Source: Pseudomonadota bacterium (lineage in GTDB: Bacteria > Pseudomonadota > Gammaproteobacteria > Burkholderiales > JABEVD01). From it: a DNA stretch of 64,000 nucleotides. Numbering within the stretch: position 1 is the stretch's first letter; every line of letters begins with the position of its first letter. The stretch covers positions 1,051 to 65,050 of the forward strand of contig JAJZTQ010000011.1 in assembly GCA_021848825.1 (NCBI GenBank), written 5' to 3'. The position numbers and the translations under genes are program-made. The notes beneath the pieces are model-generated. The model did no database searches, was not told the DNA's origin, and was given only the letters and a program-made list of their open reading frames with translations. This document shows positions 44,147 to 55,392 of the stretch, one piece after another.

Positions 44147-44206
44147 AAGCAAGGTTTGAATGAAATGGCGTAATCATACCCGATTTTCATGCCAATTTCT
44201 TATAAA

Positions 44207-44887
44207 TCAGGTCAACTTCCAGACACACGACCCCTTGCTCGCCTTGTCTATTTCTTCAAGCTGCGCAGCATGGGCCGCGAGCTCGTCCGCATCCGCGCGA
44301 TGAACGATGAGGCGCCGTTCGAACATGCCGATGTCGTCCGGAGCAGCGTCCTCGAGTTCCATTGCCAGGCTTTCCTGCCCTCTCGTCATGGCGAGATACA
44401 CTTCGGCCAGCAATTCCGCATCGAGAAGCGCGCCATGCAGGGTTCTCTTGGCATTGTTGACGGCGTATCTTTCGCAAAGCGCATCGAGATTGTTGCGTTT
44501 GCCAGGATGGCGCTCCTTCGCCATCACCAGGGTATCGATGTAAGTGCAGTAGCTCGTCATGCCGGGCAGACTCATCAATCCCAGTTCGGCGTCCAGAAAG
44601 GAAAGATCGAACGGCGCATTGTGGATGACGAGTTCGGCACCTTCCACGAAATCCAGGAATTCGGCGGCTATGTCCCTGAATTTCGGCTTGTCTTCAAGAA
44701 ACGCAAGGCTCAATCCGTGGATTTCCTGGGCCTTTTCGTCGATCTCCCGCTCGGGATTGAGATAGCGGTGAAAACGCTTGCCCGTCAGCCTTCTGTTCTG
44801 CATTTCAACGGCTGCAAGCTCGATCACCCTGTGGCCGAGCTTCGGGTCGAGCCCGGTCGTTTCAGTATCGAGCACGATCTGTCTCAT
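44207..44887 (-). CDS. dnaQ: DNA polymerase III epsilon subunit
   Basis: LDTETTG, HNA.FD, HGALLD. Confidence 0.96.
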   Translation of the reverse strand: MRQIVLDTETTGLDPKLGHRVIELAAVEMQNRRLTGKRFHRYLNPEREIDEKAQEIHGLSLAFLEDKPKFRDIAAEFLDFVEGAELVIHNAPFDLSFLDAELGLMSLPGMTSYCTYIDTLVMAKERHPGKRNNLDALCERYAVNNAKRTLHGALLDAELLAEVYLAMTRGQESLAMELEDAAPDDIGMFERRLIVHRADADELAAHAAQLEEIDKASKGSCVWKLT

Positions 44888-45336
44888 TTCATCCCTTTCT
44901 CGATCACGCTCTGAACGCCCAGGTTTGCGAGTCTGTCCGCGGTCTCGTTGCCCTCGTGGCCGCTGTGTCCCTTGACCCACAGCCATTCTATCTCGTGCCT
45001 GGCGACGAGCTCGTCGAGCTCCCGCCAGAGATCGACATTCTTGACAAGCTGGTTGGCAGCCGTTTTCCATCCCCGCCGCTTCCAGTCGTGAATCCAGCTA
45101 GTGATGCCCTGCTGCACATATCTGGAATCGGTATGGACCCTTACCCTGGCCTGACGCTTCAAGGCTTCCAGCGCCCTGATCACCGCCATCAGTTCCATTC
45201 GATTGTTGGTGGTGTCCCTCTCTCCGCCGAAAAGCTCCTTGCGGTGTATTCCATGGCGAAGAAGCGCGCCCCATCCGCCTATGCCCGGGTTGCCCTTGCA
45301 TGCGCCATCCGTAAATATTTCAACTTGTTCCGTCAT
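44884..45336 (-). CDS. rnhA: Ribonuclease HI
   Basis: TDGAC.GNPG.GGW, TNNRMEL, WVKGH. Confidence 0.96.
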   Translation of the reverse strand: MTEQVEIFTDGACKGNPGIGGWGALLRHGIHRKELFGGERDTTNNRMELMAVIRALEALKRQARVRVHTDSRYVQQGITSWIHDWKRRGWKTAANQLVKNVDLWRELDELVARHEIEWLWVKGHSGHEGNETADRLANLGVQSVIEKGMK

Positions 45337-46033
45337 TCGTTTTCCTGCACGGCGGTTTATTGTATTCCCTGACAGCGAGGGGGTTCGCAGCCAGCCCATT
45401 CCAGCTCGGCATGATGATCCGCATGCCCCTGACTCGCTTGATTGCAACAAGGCAGTATACCCCGCCCGATACCGGCCACCATCTATCCCCGGCCTTTTCC
45501 ATGAAAGAAAAGCGGTTGAGCCATTTTTCCTGATCGAAAGGCGGGATGTAGCAGCAGAGCTTGCCTGCAGCCACCTCGAATCCAAGCAGCGCGAGCCAGT
45601 CCTTCAGCCGGGCAAGCGAAATGAAGTCGCCATGCCAGGGCGCGGAAGCGGAGCGCGATGCAAGGCGCCTCAAGCCCCAAAGACTGAAAGGATTGAATCC
45701 GCTCAGCATGATCCTGCCTTCCGGACGCATCACGCGACTCACTTCCCGCAATATCTGGTGAGGATTGCCGCTGAATTCGAGAAGATGGGGCAGCACTGCA
45801 AGATCGATGCTGCAGGAATCGAAAGGCAGATTGAAGAAATCCAGCGCGACATCCACATCGCTTCGGAGCTTGAGCTGCATTCTGCTCGCTCTCAGGAAGT
45901 CGAGGCTTCCCAGCCCGAGCTGGAGGGCATGATAGCCAAAAACATCCCCCACGCTCTGGTCGAACCATGCATATTCCCGCTCGAGGAGGTATTGCCCGGC
46001 GGGCGTTTCAAGCCAGTGTTCGAGTCCTGTCAT
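45320..46033 (-). CDS. Class I SAM-dependent methyltransferase (YafS-like)
   Basis: LPH.LEF...PH..LRE; located between gloB and rnhA. Confidence 0.88.
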   Translation of the reverse strand: MTGLEHWLETPAGQYLLEREYAWFDQSVGDVFGYHALQLGLGSLDFLRASRMQLKLRSDVDVALDFFNLPFDSCSIDLAVLPHLLEFSGNPHQILREVSRVMRPEGRIMLSGFNPFSLWGLRRLASRSASAPWHGDFISLARLKDWLALLGFEVAAGKLCCYIPPFDQEKWLNRFSFMEKAGDRWWPVSGGVYCLVAIKRVRGMRIIMPSWNGLAANPLAVREYNKPPCRKTNDGTS

Positions 46034-46068
46034 AAGCTATAATTTCGATTTGAACCGGGATTCCCGTC

Positions 46069-46833
46069 ATGACAACGATCGAAGCCATTCCCGCATTCAG
46101 GGACAATTATATCTGGGTGGCGGGAAATAAGCAGTATGCCGCCGCAATCGATCCGGGAGACGCTGCGCCTTTGCTCGACTATCTGGAGAGCAAAGGGCTC
46201 GCGCTCGTCGCGATCCTCAATACCCATCATCATGGCGACCATGTCGGCGGCAATCTTGAGCTGAAGAAGAAATTTTCCTGCCCGATTTACGGCCCCGCAG
46301 CCGAAATCATACCCGGAATGACCCATCCCGTATCAGGAGGCGATACCGTCTTCCTGCCTGAAATCGAGATGGCATGCGAAGTGATGGACATACCCGGTCA
46401 CACATCGGGCCATATCGCTTTCCTCTCGAAAGACAGGCTGTTCTGCGGGGACACGCTTTTCGGATGCGGTTGCGGCAGGGTTTTCGAGGGGACCATGAAA
46501 GAGATGCAGCATTCGCTCGAAAAGCTCGCCAGCCTTCCGGAAGAGACTCTCGTCTACTGCGCCCACGAATACACCCTTGCAAACATCGCCTTCGCGAGGG
46601 AAGTCGAACCTTGCAACGACATGCTTCGCGAGCGGGGGGAAAAGGCGCTCGAAATCAGGAAGCGCGGCATGCCCACGATTCCGTCTACCATAGGACTGGA
46701 AAAGATGACCAATCCCTTCCTGAGATGCGGCATCGAAGAGGTCGCAGAAAGCGCGTCACGGCATGAAGGCCGACCGCTCAGAGACAGGCTGGACGTCTTT
46801 TCCGCCCTGAGGATATGGAAAAACAGCTTCTAG
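46069..46833 (+). CDS. gloB: Hydroxyacylglutathione hydrolase
   Basis: THHHGDHVGG, GDTLF, CAHEYT. Confidence 0.95.
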   Translation: MTTIEAIPAFRDNYIWVAGNKQYAAAIDPGDAAPLLDYLESKGLALVAILNTHHHGDHVGGNLELKKKFSCPIYGPAAEIIPGMTHPVSGGDTVFLPEIEMACEVMDIPGHTSGHIAFLSKDRLFCGDTLFGCGCGRVFEGTMKEMQHSLEKLASLPEETLVYCAHEYTLANIAFAREVEPCNDMLRERGEKALEIRKRGMPTIPSTIGLEKMTNPFLRCGIEEVAESASRHEGRPLRDRLDVFSALRIWKNSF

Positions 46834-48255
46834 TCAGCCGCGACCGTAGACATCGTCGAACCTGACGATGTCGTCTTCTCCCAGATATTCCCCGCTTTGC
46901 ACCTCGATCATGACGAGATCGAGCACACCCGGATTGATCAGCCTGTGCGGCGTTCCTGCGGGAATGAAAGTGGATTCGTTCGTTCTGACAAGATGTTCCA
47001 GTTCCCCGTTGACGATTTTCGCTGTTCCCGAAACCACAACCCAGTGCTCGCTCCTGTGGTGATGCATCTGCAGCGAAAGGGCCGCCCCCGGCTTGACCTC
47101 TATCCGCTTGATTTTGAATCTTTCCCCTTCCTCGAGGACGGTATAGGTTCCCCATGGCCTGTGGACGGTCCTGTGCAGCTTGTAGGCGTCATGCTCGGCA
47201 AGTCTCAACCGCTGCACGACCTGCTTCACTTCCTGCGACCGGTTCTTGTCTGCAACGAGCAGCGCATCAGGCGTGTCGATGACGAGGAGGTTGTCCACCC
47301 CGACCGTCGCAACGAGACGGTCTTCGGATTGAATGTAGCAATTTCCCGAATCCACCATCACGGCCGTGCCGACTATCCTGTTTCCGGCCTCGTCTTCCGG
47401 AACCAGTTCGCTCACGGCGCTCCAGGACCCGATGTCGTTCCAGTCGAATTCCCCTGCAACCACGGCAACCTTGCGTGATTTTTCCATGACGGCATAGTCT
47501 ATGGAAATGTCGGGAATCGCGGAAAAACTCGCTTCATCCAGGGTGACCGGAAGCTCGTTTCGCCTGGATTTTTCCCAGCAAGAAAGGGCTGCCTCGAACA
47601 CCTCCGGGGAGCAGCCCTTCAGCGCCTCGATCAATGTCCCCGCCTTGAAGCAGAACATGCCGGAATTCCAGAGGAAATTCCCTTTCTCGAGATATTCCGA
47701 TGCGAGTTCGAGCGAGGGCTTCTCGAAAAAGCTGGATACTTCGCCCACCCCCTCCCCGAACGGATTGCCGTATTCTATATAGCCGTACCCCGTCTCGGGG
47801 TAGGTCGGGCGGATGCCGAAAGTGACGAGGTAATCCTGAAGGGCATACTCGCATGCAAGCGAGACTGCTTCGGAAAAAGCCTGCTGGTTCTCGATCAGGT
47901 GGTCCGCCGGCAGCACCAGCATCAGCGTATCTTCCCCGCGGTTTTCCATCAGGCTGAAGGCGGCCATGGCGATGGCGGGAGCGGTGTTCCTGCCGCAAGG
48001 CTCGAGCACATAATCGAAACCGAGCGCTTTTCCCTTCCTGGAAGAAGCATACTCGTCCCTCGTCGTGAAGAAATATTCCCTGTTGGTCACCGTGAGGATG
48101 TCCGAGACCCCTGGAATGCCCGCAGCCCTCGCAAGTGTTTTTTTGAGCAGGCTCTCCCCGCACGGGAGCTTCATGAAAGGCTTGGGAAAACTCTCCCTGG
48201 AAACAGGCCATAGCCTCGTGCCCGCCCCACCTGAAAGGATGACCGGTACCAGCAT
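46834..48255 (-). CDS. manC: Mannose-1-phosphate guanylyltransferase/mannose-6-phosphate isomerase
   Basis: ILSGG.GTRLWP, EP..RNTAPA, cupin HHHRSEHW. Confidence 0.93.
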   Translation of the reverse strand: MLVPVILSGGAGTRLWPVSRESFPKPFMKLPCGESLLKKTLARAAGIPGVSDILTVTNREYFFTTRDEYASSRKGKALGFDYVLEPCGRNTAPAIAMAAFSLMENRGEDTLMLVLPADHLIENQQAFSEAVSLACEYALQDYLVTFGIRPTYPETGYGYIEYGNPFGEGVGEVSSFFEKPSLELASEYLEKGNFLWNSGMFCFKAGTLIEALKGCSPEVFEAALSCWEKSRRNELPVTLDEASFSAIPDISIDYAVMEKSRKVAVVAGEFDWNDIGSWSAVSELVPEDEAGNRIVGTAVMVDSGNCYIQSEDRLVATVGVDNLLVIDTPDALLVADKNRSQEVKQVVQRLRLAEHDAYKLHRTVHRPWGTYTVLEEGERFKIKRIEVKPGAALSLQMHHHRSEHWVVVSGTAKIVNGELEHLVRTNESTFIPAGTPHRLINPGVLDLVMIEVQSGEYLGEDDIVRFDDVYGRG

Positions 48256-48291
48256 GTTAATCTCTCTCCATTCGAAATGAATGCATGGATT

Positions 48292-49623
48292 TCACCTCCC
48301 CACGCCGTAATAATCGAAGCCGAGCTTCCTGACCTTCTCGGGCTCATAGACATTTCGCCCGTCGAAAATCACTTTCTGCTTCATTACCTGCTCCATGAAA
48401 GAAAAATCGGGCGTCCTGAAAGCCTTCCATTCCGTCACGAGAAGAAGCGCATCGACCGCCAGGAGCGCATCGTACTGATGATTGACGAGCTCGAGATTGC
48501 CCGAATCGAACCATTTCGCAGGCAGCTCCCGCTTTGCCACAGTCATCGCCACAGGGTCATAAGCCTTGACTTTCGCCCCCTTCTCCATCAGATATTCGAG
48601 CAAAACGATGCTGGATGCTTCCCGCATGTCGTCCGTCCTGGGCTTGAAGGCAAGACCCCACAATGCGAAAGTGAGCCCTGAAAGATCTTCCCCGAAATGC
48701 AAGGCGATCTTTTTCGAAAGATAGCGTTTCTGCTCGGCATTCCTGTCCTCCACGGCATTCAATACCAGGGGATCGAGCCCGCAATCCTTCGCCATCTGGA
48801 TGATCGCCTTGACGTCCTTCGGAAAGCAGGAGCCGCCGTAGCCGCATCCGGGATAGATGAAGGAATAGCCTATTCTGGCGTCAGACCCGATTCCCAGCCT
48901 CACCTTCTCCACATCCACGCCCATCCTGTCGCAGAGATTGGCTATTTCGTTCATGAAGGATATCTTCGTCGCAAGCATCGCATTGGCGGCATACTTCGTC
49001 ATTTCCGCTTCCTTGATGCCCATCAGGCAAAGGCGTTCGTGGTTCCTGACGAAAGGAAAATAGAGTTCCCTCATCACTTCCAGGGAACGCTCGGTGTCGC
49101 AGCCGACGACGATGCGGTCAGGCCTCGTGAAATCCTCGACGGCAGCCCCTTCCTTCAGGAATTCGGGGTTGCTCACCAGATCGAACGAAACGGAAACTCC
49201 CCTTTTTTCGAGTTCCGACTTGATGGCTGATCTCACCTTTTCGGCCGTGCCGACAGGAACAGTGGACTTGTCCACAATGACGCAGTAATCCTTGAGATTC
49301 TCCCCTATTTCCTTCGCCACCGCGAGCACATGCTTGAGATCGGCAGATCCGTCCTCGTCAGGCGGCGTGCCCACCGCAATGAAGCAGGCTGCCGCGCCTT
49401 CCAGCGATTCGGGCAGCGAGCTGGTGAATTTCAGCCTGCCTTCCCGGTAATTGTTGACGACGATATCCTCGAGGCCGGGCTCGTAGATCGGAAGAATCCC
49501 GTTTTTCAGATTCTCGATCTTTTTCTCGTCTATATCCACGCAGGTTACGATGTTCCCCATCTCGGCAAAACAGGCACCCGTGACCAGGCCGACATAGCCT
49601 GTCCCTACAACCGACAGTTTCAT
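48292..49623 (-). CDS. ugd: UDP-glucose 6-dehydrogenase
   Basis: GTGYVG, PEFLKEG, GYGGSCFPKD. Confidence 0.93.
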   Translation of the reverse strand: MKLSVVGTGYVGLVTGACFAEMGNIVTCVDIDEKKIENLKNGILPIYEPGLEDIVVNNYREGRLKFTSSLPESLEGAAACFIAVGTPPDEDGSADLKHVLAVAKEIGENLKDYCVIVDKSTVPVGTAEKVRSAIKSELEKRGVSVSFDLVSNPEFLKEGAAVEDFTRPDRIVVGCDTERSLEVMRELYFPFVRNHERLCLMGIKEAEMTKYAANAMLATKISFMNEIANLCDRMGVDVEKVRLGIGSDARIGYSFIYPGCGYGGSCFPKDVKAIIQMAKDCGLDPLVLNAVEDRNAEQKRYLSKKIALHFGEDLSGLTFALWGLAFKPRTDDMREASSIVLLEYLMEKGAKVKAYDPVAMTVAKRELPAKWFDSGNLELVNHQYDALLAVDALLLVTEWKAFRTPDFSFMEQVMKQKVIFDGRNVYEPEKVRKLGFDYYGVGR

Positions 49624-49768
49624 TATTGAACTCCCTGATAGATATTAGCGGCCGATTTTAACCCGGAAAGGCATATTGATACCAAGTTCATCTTGTGAAC
49701 GCATACAAGATTGTAATTCAATTGGAACGAAAAGCGTACCTGCATCAAAGCGCTCAAGAGAATCCTTT

Positions 49769-51364
49769 TCACGGGTCGCGAAACTGCACGCTCGCCAGCA
49801 ACCGCCTGGTATATTCGTGATGGGGAGAGTGAACGATGCGTTCTGCAGGACCGATCTCCAGAATTCGGCCCTCTTTCATCACGGCGATGCGGTGGGACAT
49901 CGCCATGATCACTTCGAGGTCGTGACTGATCAGGAGATAGCTCATGTCATGGGCAAGCTGAAGTTTCGAAAGAAGCAGCAGCACCTGTTTCTGCACGGAA
50001 GCATCGAGGGCACTGGTCGGCTCGTCGAGAACGAGCAGTTTCGGCTTGAGTATGACGGCTCTCGCAATGGCGATTCTCTGCCGCTGCCCGCCTGAAAACT
50101 CATGAGGATATCTGGTCAGCGCATCCGGCCCGATGCCGACTTCCTCCAAGGTCCGCACGATGAGATCCCGGCGCTCGGAGACGGGCATTCGAGGATGATG
50201 CAGGGCCATCCCTTCGCCGACAATTTCCTCTATGGTGAGCCTGGGAGAAAGGCTGGCGAACGGATCCTGGAAAACCACCTGCATCCTCGCGCGCAATGAC
50301 CTCAGCTGAGCCCTTGAAGCCGTATTGAGAGAAATGCCCTCGAAACGGCATTCGCCTCCCGCTACAGCCTGCAAGGCAAGCAATGCCATGGCAAGCGTCG
50401 ATTTTCCCGAACCCGATTCCCCGACGATGCCGAGCGTTTCCCCGCGCTTCACCGCAAGGCTGACATCTTCCAGGGCGGTGAATGTTTTTTTCCTGAACCA
50501 TCCAGAGGCATAGGAAAATTCTACGCGCAGTCCATTTGCCTGCAGCAGATCCTCGGAAGATTCGAATTCCGCCGGCAAGGGCTGAACGATGTTTCCCGGG
50601 CGGCTGTCCAGAAGGCGCCTGGTATAAGGATGTTCGGGATTCGTGAACAATTGCCCCGTCTCCGCGATTTCCACGAGCTGCCCCATCTGCATCACGCCGA
50701 CACGGTCGGCAAAATGGCGCACCAGATTGAGATCATGAGTGATGAGCAGGATGGCCATGCCGAATTCGCGCTGCAGCTCGTCCAACAGATTCATGATCTG
50801 GGCGCGAATGGTGACGTCGAGCGCAGTGGTCGGCTCGTCGGCGATCAGGAGCTGCGGGCGACAGGCGAGCGCCATGGCGATCATGGCCCGCTGCCTCTGC
50901 CCGCCGGAGAGCTCGTGAGGAAAACTCGAATAGCGGCGCGAAGCCTCCGGTATGCCGGTTTTCTCGAGCAGGGAAATGGCGCGCGCTCGCGCAGCAGCCT
51001 CATCCATTCCTTCATGCAGCGCGAGCACTTCCCTGATCTGGTCGCCGATTTTCATGAGCGGATTCAAGGCGCTCATGGGTTCCTGGAAAATCATGGCGAT
51101 ATCCTTTCCCCTGATCCCCAGAATCTTCCGCTCGCTTGCCTTCAGGAGGTTTTCACCCTGGAAATTGATTTCCCCGCTTGTTTTCGCCGAAAGCAGGCGG
51201 AGAATGGAAAAGGCGGTGACGCTTTTGCCCGAACCCGATTCGCCCACAAGCGCGAACTTCTCCCCCTGATTGATGCTGAAAGAGACATCCTGAACGGCAT
51301 GAAGCCTGTTTCCGTCATTTTCGAAGCTCACGCAGAGATTGCGCAATTGAAGCAGGGGGGTCAA
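49769..51364 (-). CDS. yejF: Peptide/microcin C ABC transporter ATP-binding protein
   Basis: Two ABC domains, GESGSGKS x2. Confidence 0.88.
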   Translation of the reverse strand: MTPLLQLRNLCVSFENDGNRLHAVQDVSFSINQGEKFALVGESGSGKSVTAFSILRLLSAKTSGEINFQGENLLKASERKILGIRGKDIAMIFQEPMSALNPLMKIGDQIREVLALHEGMDEAAARARAISLLEKTGIPEASRRYSSFPHELSGGQRQRAMIAMALACRPQLLIADEPTTALDVTIRAQIMNLLDELQREFGMAILLITHDLNLVRHFADRVGVMQMGQLVEIAETGQLFTNPEHPYTRRLLDSRPGNIVQPLPAEFESSEDLLQANGLRVEFSYASGWFRKKTFTALEDVSLAVKRGETLGIVGESGSGKSTLAMALLALQAVAGGECRFEGISLNTASRAQLRSLRARMQVVFQDPFASLSPRLTIEEIVGEGMALHHPRMPVSERRDLIVRTLEEVGIGPDALTRYPHEFSGGQRQRIAIARAVILKPKLLVLDEPTSALDASVQKQVLLLLSKLQLAHDMSYLLISHDLEVIMAMSHRIAVMKEGRILEIGPAERIVHSPHHEYTRRLLASVQFRDP

Positions 51365-52392
51365 TTTCGCACCCTTCTCGTGTCATAGGCATCGCGCAAT
51401 CCCTCCCCGATGAATACCAGCAGCAGAAGGGTGACGAAAAGAACCGTGAATGCAGTGACCCCTATCCACCAGGCGTCGAGATTGTCCTTGCCCTGGGCGA
51501 GCAGTTCGCCCAGGCTGGGCGTCGACGGCGGAACGCCGAGCCCGAGAAAATCGAGGCTGGTGAGCGCGGTGATGGACACGCTCATCCTGAATGGCAGGAA
51601 GGTAATGACAGGGGTCAGGCTGTTCGGCAGAATATGCCGCCACATGATCATCGCGCTCGGGAGACCCAGGGCGCGCGCCGAACGGACATAATCGAGCTGG
51701 CGATTCCTGAGGAATTCCGCGCGCACGTAATCGGCGAGCGACAGCCAGCCGAAAAGGGAAAGCAGCAACAGCAGCAGCCCGATGCTCGGCCGGAATATGG
51801 AAGCGAATATCAGCAGGAGATAGAGTTCCGGAAGGGATCCCCATATTTCCGAAAGCCTCTGGAAATAAAGATCGATTCTCCCGCCGAAATAGCCCTGTAC
51901 GGCCCCGGCCAGAATCCCCAGGAATACGCCGATTGCAGTCAGCGCCATGCCGAAGAGCACCGATACGCGAAAACCGTAAAGGGCGCGAGCCAGAACATCC
52001 CGCCCCCTGTCGTCCGTTCCCAGCCAGTTTTCCGCGCTGGGAGGAGCGGGATTGGGCAGCGTGGCGAAATAATTGATGGTGTCGTAGCTGTAGACATTCG
52101 GGGCATAGATCGCCCAGTTTCCCGGTTTGGAAAACCGATCCCTGATATAGGGATCGAGATAGTCGGTCGGAGTAGGAAAATCCCCGCCGAAAGCGGTTTC
52201 AGGATAATCGTGGAAAAGGGGAAAATAATAGGAACCCTGGTAATGAACGATCAGGGGCCTGTCGTTCGAGAGCGCCTCGGCGAAAAGGCTCGTCAGGAAC
52301 AGCGCGGAAAAGATCAGCAGGCTGAAATAACCCAGCCTGTTCTCTTTGAATCGCAGCCAGCGCTGCCTGTTCGGAGAAAGCCGCCCCCTCAC
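51361..52392 (-). CDS. yejE: ABC transporter permease
   Basis: LGTDD.GRDV, FRVS.LFG. Confidence 0.88.
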   Translation of the reverse strand: MRGRLSPNRQRWLRFKENRLGYFSLLIFSALFLTSLFAEALSNDRPLIVHYQGSYYFPLFHDYPETAFGGDFPTPTDYLDPYIRDRFSKPGNWAIYAPNVYSYDTINYFATLPNPAPPSAENWLGTDDRGRDVLARALYGFRVSVLFGMALTAIGVFLGILAGAVQGYFGGRIDLYFQRLSEIWGSLPELYLLLIFASIFRPSIGLLLLLLSLFGWLSLADYVRAEFLRNRQLDYVRSARALGLPSAMIMWRHILPNSLTPVITFLPFRMSVSITALTSLDFLGLGVPPSTPSLGELLAQGKDNLDAWWIGVTAFTVLFVTLLLLVFIGEGLRDAYDTRRVRN

Positions 52393-53444
52393 CTCGACAC
52401 CTCTTCGAATTTCACCCTGGGGTCGGCAAGCACATAGCTGATGTCGGTGACGAGCTTCGCAGCCAAGCCGAGCAGCGTGTAAAGGTAGAGCGTGCCCATG
52501 ACGACGGGGTAGTCACGCTGCATGATCGCCTGGTAGGAAAGCAGGCCCAGGCCATCGAGCGAAAAAATCGTCTCGATCAGCAGGCTCCCCGTGAAGAATG
52601 CCCCGATGAAGGCTGCAGGAAAGCCCGTCAGAAGCGGGAGAAGGGCATTCCTGAAGACATGCCGATAAAGCACCTTGCGCTCTGGCAGCCCCTTTGCATG
52701 CGCGGTCATCACATATTGCTTCCTGATTTCCTCGATGAAGCTGTTCTTCGTCAGCATGGTGATCACGGCGAAGCTGCCTACCACCTCTGCGAGCACAGGC
52801 AGGGTGATATGCCAAAGATAGTCGGTGATTTTTCCCCACAATGAAAGCTGAGCCCAGTTGTCGGAAACGAGCCCCCTCAACGGAAACCATTGCAGGAAAC
52901 TTCCCCCTCCGAAAAGCACGAGCAGCACCACGCCCAGGACGAAGCTCGGGATGGCATAGCCGCTCATGATCACGAGGCTTGTGAGCGTATCGAAACGCGA
53001 GCCGTTTCTGACCGCCTTGGCTATGCCGAGCGGAATCGATATCAGATAGGTGATGACGAGCGTCCAGAGTCCGATGGATATCGAAACCGGCAATTTCTCC
53101 TTGATCAGCGCCCATACCGATTCATGATGGAAAAAGCTCTTGCCCAGATTGAAGGTTGCGAATCCCTTCAGCATGATCCAGAAGCGCTCCGGCGCTGGCT
53201 TGTCGAACCCGTAAAGCGCCCTGATCTCCTTCATGCGCTGGGGACCGATGTCCTGGGCGCCTCGGTAGAGGCTCTGAGGTCCGCCGCCCGCTTCCTGAAC
53301 CCCATGCCCTTTTCCGCGAAGCTCGCTCACCATCTGCTCGACGGGACCGCCGGGCACGAACTGGATGACCGTGAAAGTGAGAAGAAGCACGCCCAAGAGC
53401 GTGGGGATCATGAGGAGCAATCTCTTTGCGATGTAGCGGATCAA
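52389..53444 (-). CDS. yejB: ABC transporter permease
   Basis: RLLL.IPTL, PGGPVEQ, YGFDKP; probable TTG start at 53444. Confidence 0.88.
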   Translation of the reverse strand: MIRYIAKRLLLMIPTLLGVLLLTFTVIQFVPGGPVEQMVSELRGKGHGVQEAGGGPQSLYRGAQDIGPQRMKEIRALYGFDKPAPERFWIMLKGFATFNLGKSFFHHESVWALIKEKLPVSISIGLWTLVITYLISIPLGIAKAVRNGSRFDTLTSLVIMSGYAIPSFVLGVVLLVLFGGGSFLQWFPLRGLVSDNWAQLSLWGKITDYLWHITLPVLAEVVGSFAVITMLTKNSFIEEIRKQYVMTAHAKGLPERKVLYRHVFRNALLPLLTGFPAAFIGAFFTGSLLIETIFSLDGLGLLSYQAIMQRDYPVVMGTLYLYTLLGLAAKLVTDISYVLADPRVKFEEVSR

Positions 53445-55315
53445 TGCTTTTCTCCCTGCTTCATCCACCAGGTGGAAACCGACCATTCCTCTATGCTGTA
53501 ATAAAGAGGCAGAACCTTCGGATAGGCCAGCGTATGCCGATATGAAACACGGTATACGCTGCTGTAGAAATGGGGAACGATGTAATAGCCAAGGCGCAGG
53601 ATGCGGTCCAGGACCCGAACGAGCGTCACGAGTTCTTCTCTGCTTTTCGCCTGACTGATGCGCGAAAGAAGCTCATCCACGACCGGATCCGAGACCCCCA
53701 TGGCGTTGTCGGAGCCGGGCATGTTCCGGCTCTCAGAGCCGAAATAGCTGAAGAGTTCGCTTCCAGGTGTCTGGGAACCGGGCATCATTGCCCATACCAT
53801 GTCGTAATCGAAATTTTCCGCCTTGCGCTGATACAATGCAGCGTCATAGACCCTGTAGTTCATCTTGATCCCGAGCTTTTCCAGGTTGCGCGCGTAGGGG
53901 GCGGAGGCACGCTCCTGCATCTTGTCCTGAAGCATCATTTCGAACCGGAATGGCTCTCCCTTCGCGTTTCTCAAGGCGCCGTCCCGGTATGTCCAGCCGG
54001 CTTCGGCCAGCAAGGTCTTGGCGCGCTTCAGGTTTTCGCGAAGAGAATGGGGCGGGGAAGTGGTGGGAGGCAAAGGGATCGAATCGAATGCTTCCTCAGG
54101 CACGAGTTTGCCGAAGCGTTTCTGCAACTGGTTCAGCACGTCGATTTCGGCTGCATCGGGCTTGCCCTTCGCCTCCATTTCCGTATTGGTGAAATAGCTC
54201 GGGCTGCGCTTGTAGAGGCCGAAGAAAAGCATCCTGTTCATCCACTCGAAATCCATCGCCAATCCGAGCGCTTCCCTCACCCTTTTGTCCTGAAAAAGGG
54301 GACGCCTCGTATTCATGGCGAAGCCCTGCCAGCCTGCGCCATTCCGGTTGGGGAAGGTGGTCTTGATCAGCTCTCCATCGTCCCAGCGCTTGCCCTGATG
54401 GCTGCGCGCCCAGTTCTTCGAGGAATTTTCCTGAATGAGATCGATATCGCCCGCCTTGAGCGCCTCCATTCTTGCCAGGGTGTCCCTGTAGTAGCGATAG
54501 GTGATGCGCTCGAAGTTGAACATGCCTTTTCGGGTCGGATGATCGTTTCCCCAATAGGCGTGATTGCGGCGATAGGTGATGCGGCTTCCCGGATCATAGG
54601 ACTCGATGACATAAGGGCCCGACGCGATCGGCGGATCGAGCGCGATCTGGTTGAAAGGTTTTCCGTTTCCCCATTTGTGCGAGAAAACGGGCAACTGACA
54701 GATGGCTGTCCTCAGCTCGCGGTTGTTTCTCCCGAATTCCACCCGCACGGTCATGGGGTCGACCACCACCATCCGCTTCACATCCATCCAATACTGGCGA
54801 TAAACCGGCGCCGCGTTCCTGCTCATCAGCATATCGAAGGAATATTTCACGTCCTCTGCAGTCACGGGATCACCGTTCGAGAATCTGGCCCTGGGATTCA
54901 TCCTGAAAGTGATAGACATGCCGTCAGGGGCGGGTTCGATGTCTTCGGCGAGCAGTCCGTACATGGTATCGGGCTCATCCCAGGAAGGAACGGCCAAAGT
55001 CTCGAACACCAGATATTGCAGGCCGTCTGCAGCCAGCCCCTTGAGCGTGAAGGGATTGAATTTCTCGAAGTCCCCCATTCCTGACACGTAAAGCTCGCCC
55101 CCCTGGGGCGCATCGGGATTGACGTAATCGAAATGCTTGAAGCCGGCCTGGTATTTGAAATGATCGCCGTAAAGCGCGATCGCATAATCGGAGTAGGCAG
55201 TCCAAGGAAAAAAGAGTGAAGTGAGAAGGAGCAGCGTCCGGAAGATCTGCAGGCGTATCGATCGCCCCCCCTGCCGCAGGCGGAAGGAAGTACCGGAATG
55301 AAGGCATTTTTGCAT
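53441..55315 (-). CDS. yejA: ABC transporter periplasmic peptide-binding protein
   Basis: HFDYVNP.AP.GG, NPF..KG; true start uncertain. Confidence 0.85.
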   Translation of the reverse strand: MQKCLHSGTSFRLRQGGRSIRLQIFRTLLLLTSLFFPWTAYSDYAIALYGDHFKYQAGFKHFDYVNPDAPQGGELYVSGMGDFEKFNPFTLKGLAADGLQYLVFETLAVPSWDEPDTMYGLLAEDIEPAPDGMSITFRMNPRARFSNGDPVTAEDVKYSFDMLMSRNAAPVYRQYWMDVKRMVVVDPMTVRVEFGRNNRELRTAICQLPVFSHKWGNGKPFNQIALDPPIASGPYVIESYDPGSRITYRRNHAYWGNDHPTRKGMFNFERITYRYYRDTLARMEALKAGDIDLIQENSSKNWARSHQGKRWDDGELIKTTFPNRNGAGWQGFAMNTRRPLFQDKRVREALGLAMDFEWMNRMLFFGLYKRSPSYFTNTEMEAKGKPDAAEIDVLNQLQKRFGKLVPEEAFDSIPLPPTTSPPHSLRENLKRAKTLLAEAGWTYRDGALRNAKGEPFRFEMMLQDKMQERASAPYARNLEKLGIKMNYRVYDAALYQRKAENFDYDMVWAMMPGSQTPGSELFSYFGSESRNMPGSDNAMGVSDPVVDELLSRISQAKSREELVTLVRVLDRILRLGYYIVPHFYSSVYRVSYRHTLAYPKVLPLYYSIEEWSVSTWWMKQGEKH

Positions 55316-55392
55316 AGCCTACAGTTTATCCCATTCGATGGCCCTATCACCACCCATGATATAATCGCCCATCCATCAACGAAGGAAAAAAC

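Noticed and set aside
44884-45585. N-terminally extended RnhA and DnaQ suggested by the ORF track
   Set aside because: Extensions overlap neighbouring genes; conserved starts are at 45336 and 44887
53570-55084. Long antisense ORFs (for example 53570-55084, 61373-62722, 37831-39108, 36369-37613)
   Set aside because: Shadow frames opposite well-conserved housekeeping genes in GC-rich DNA
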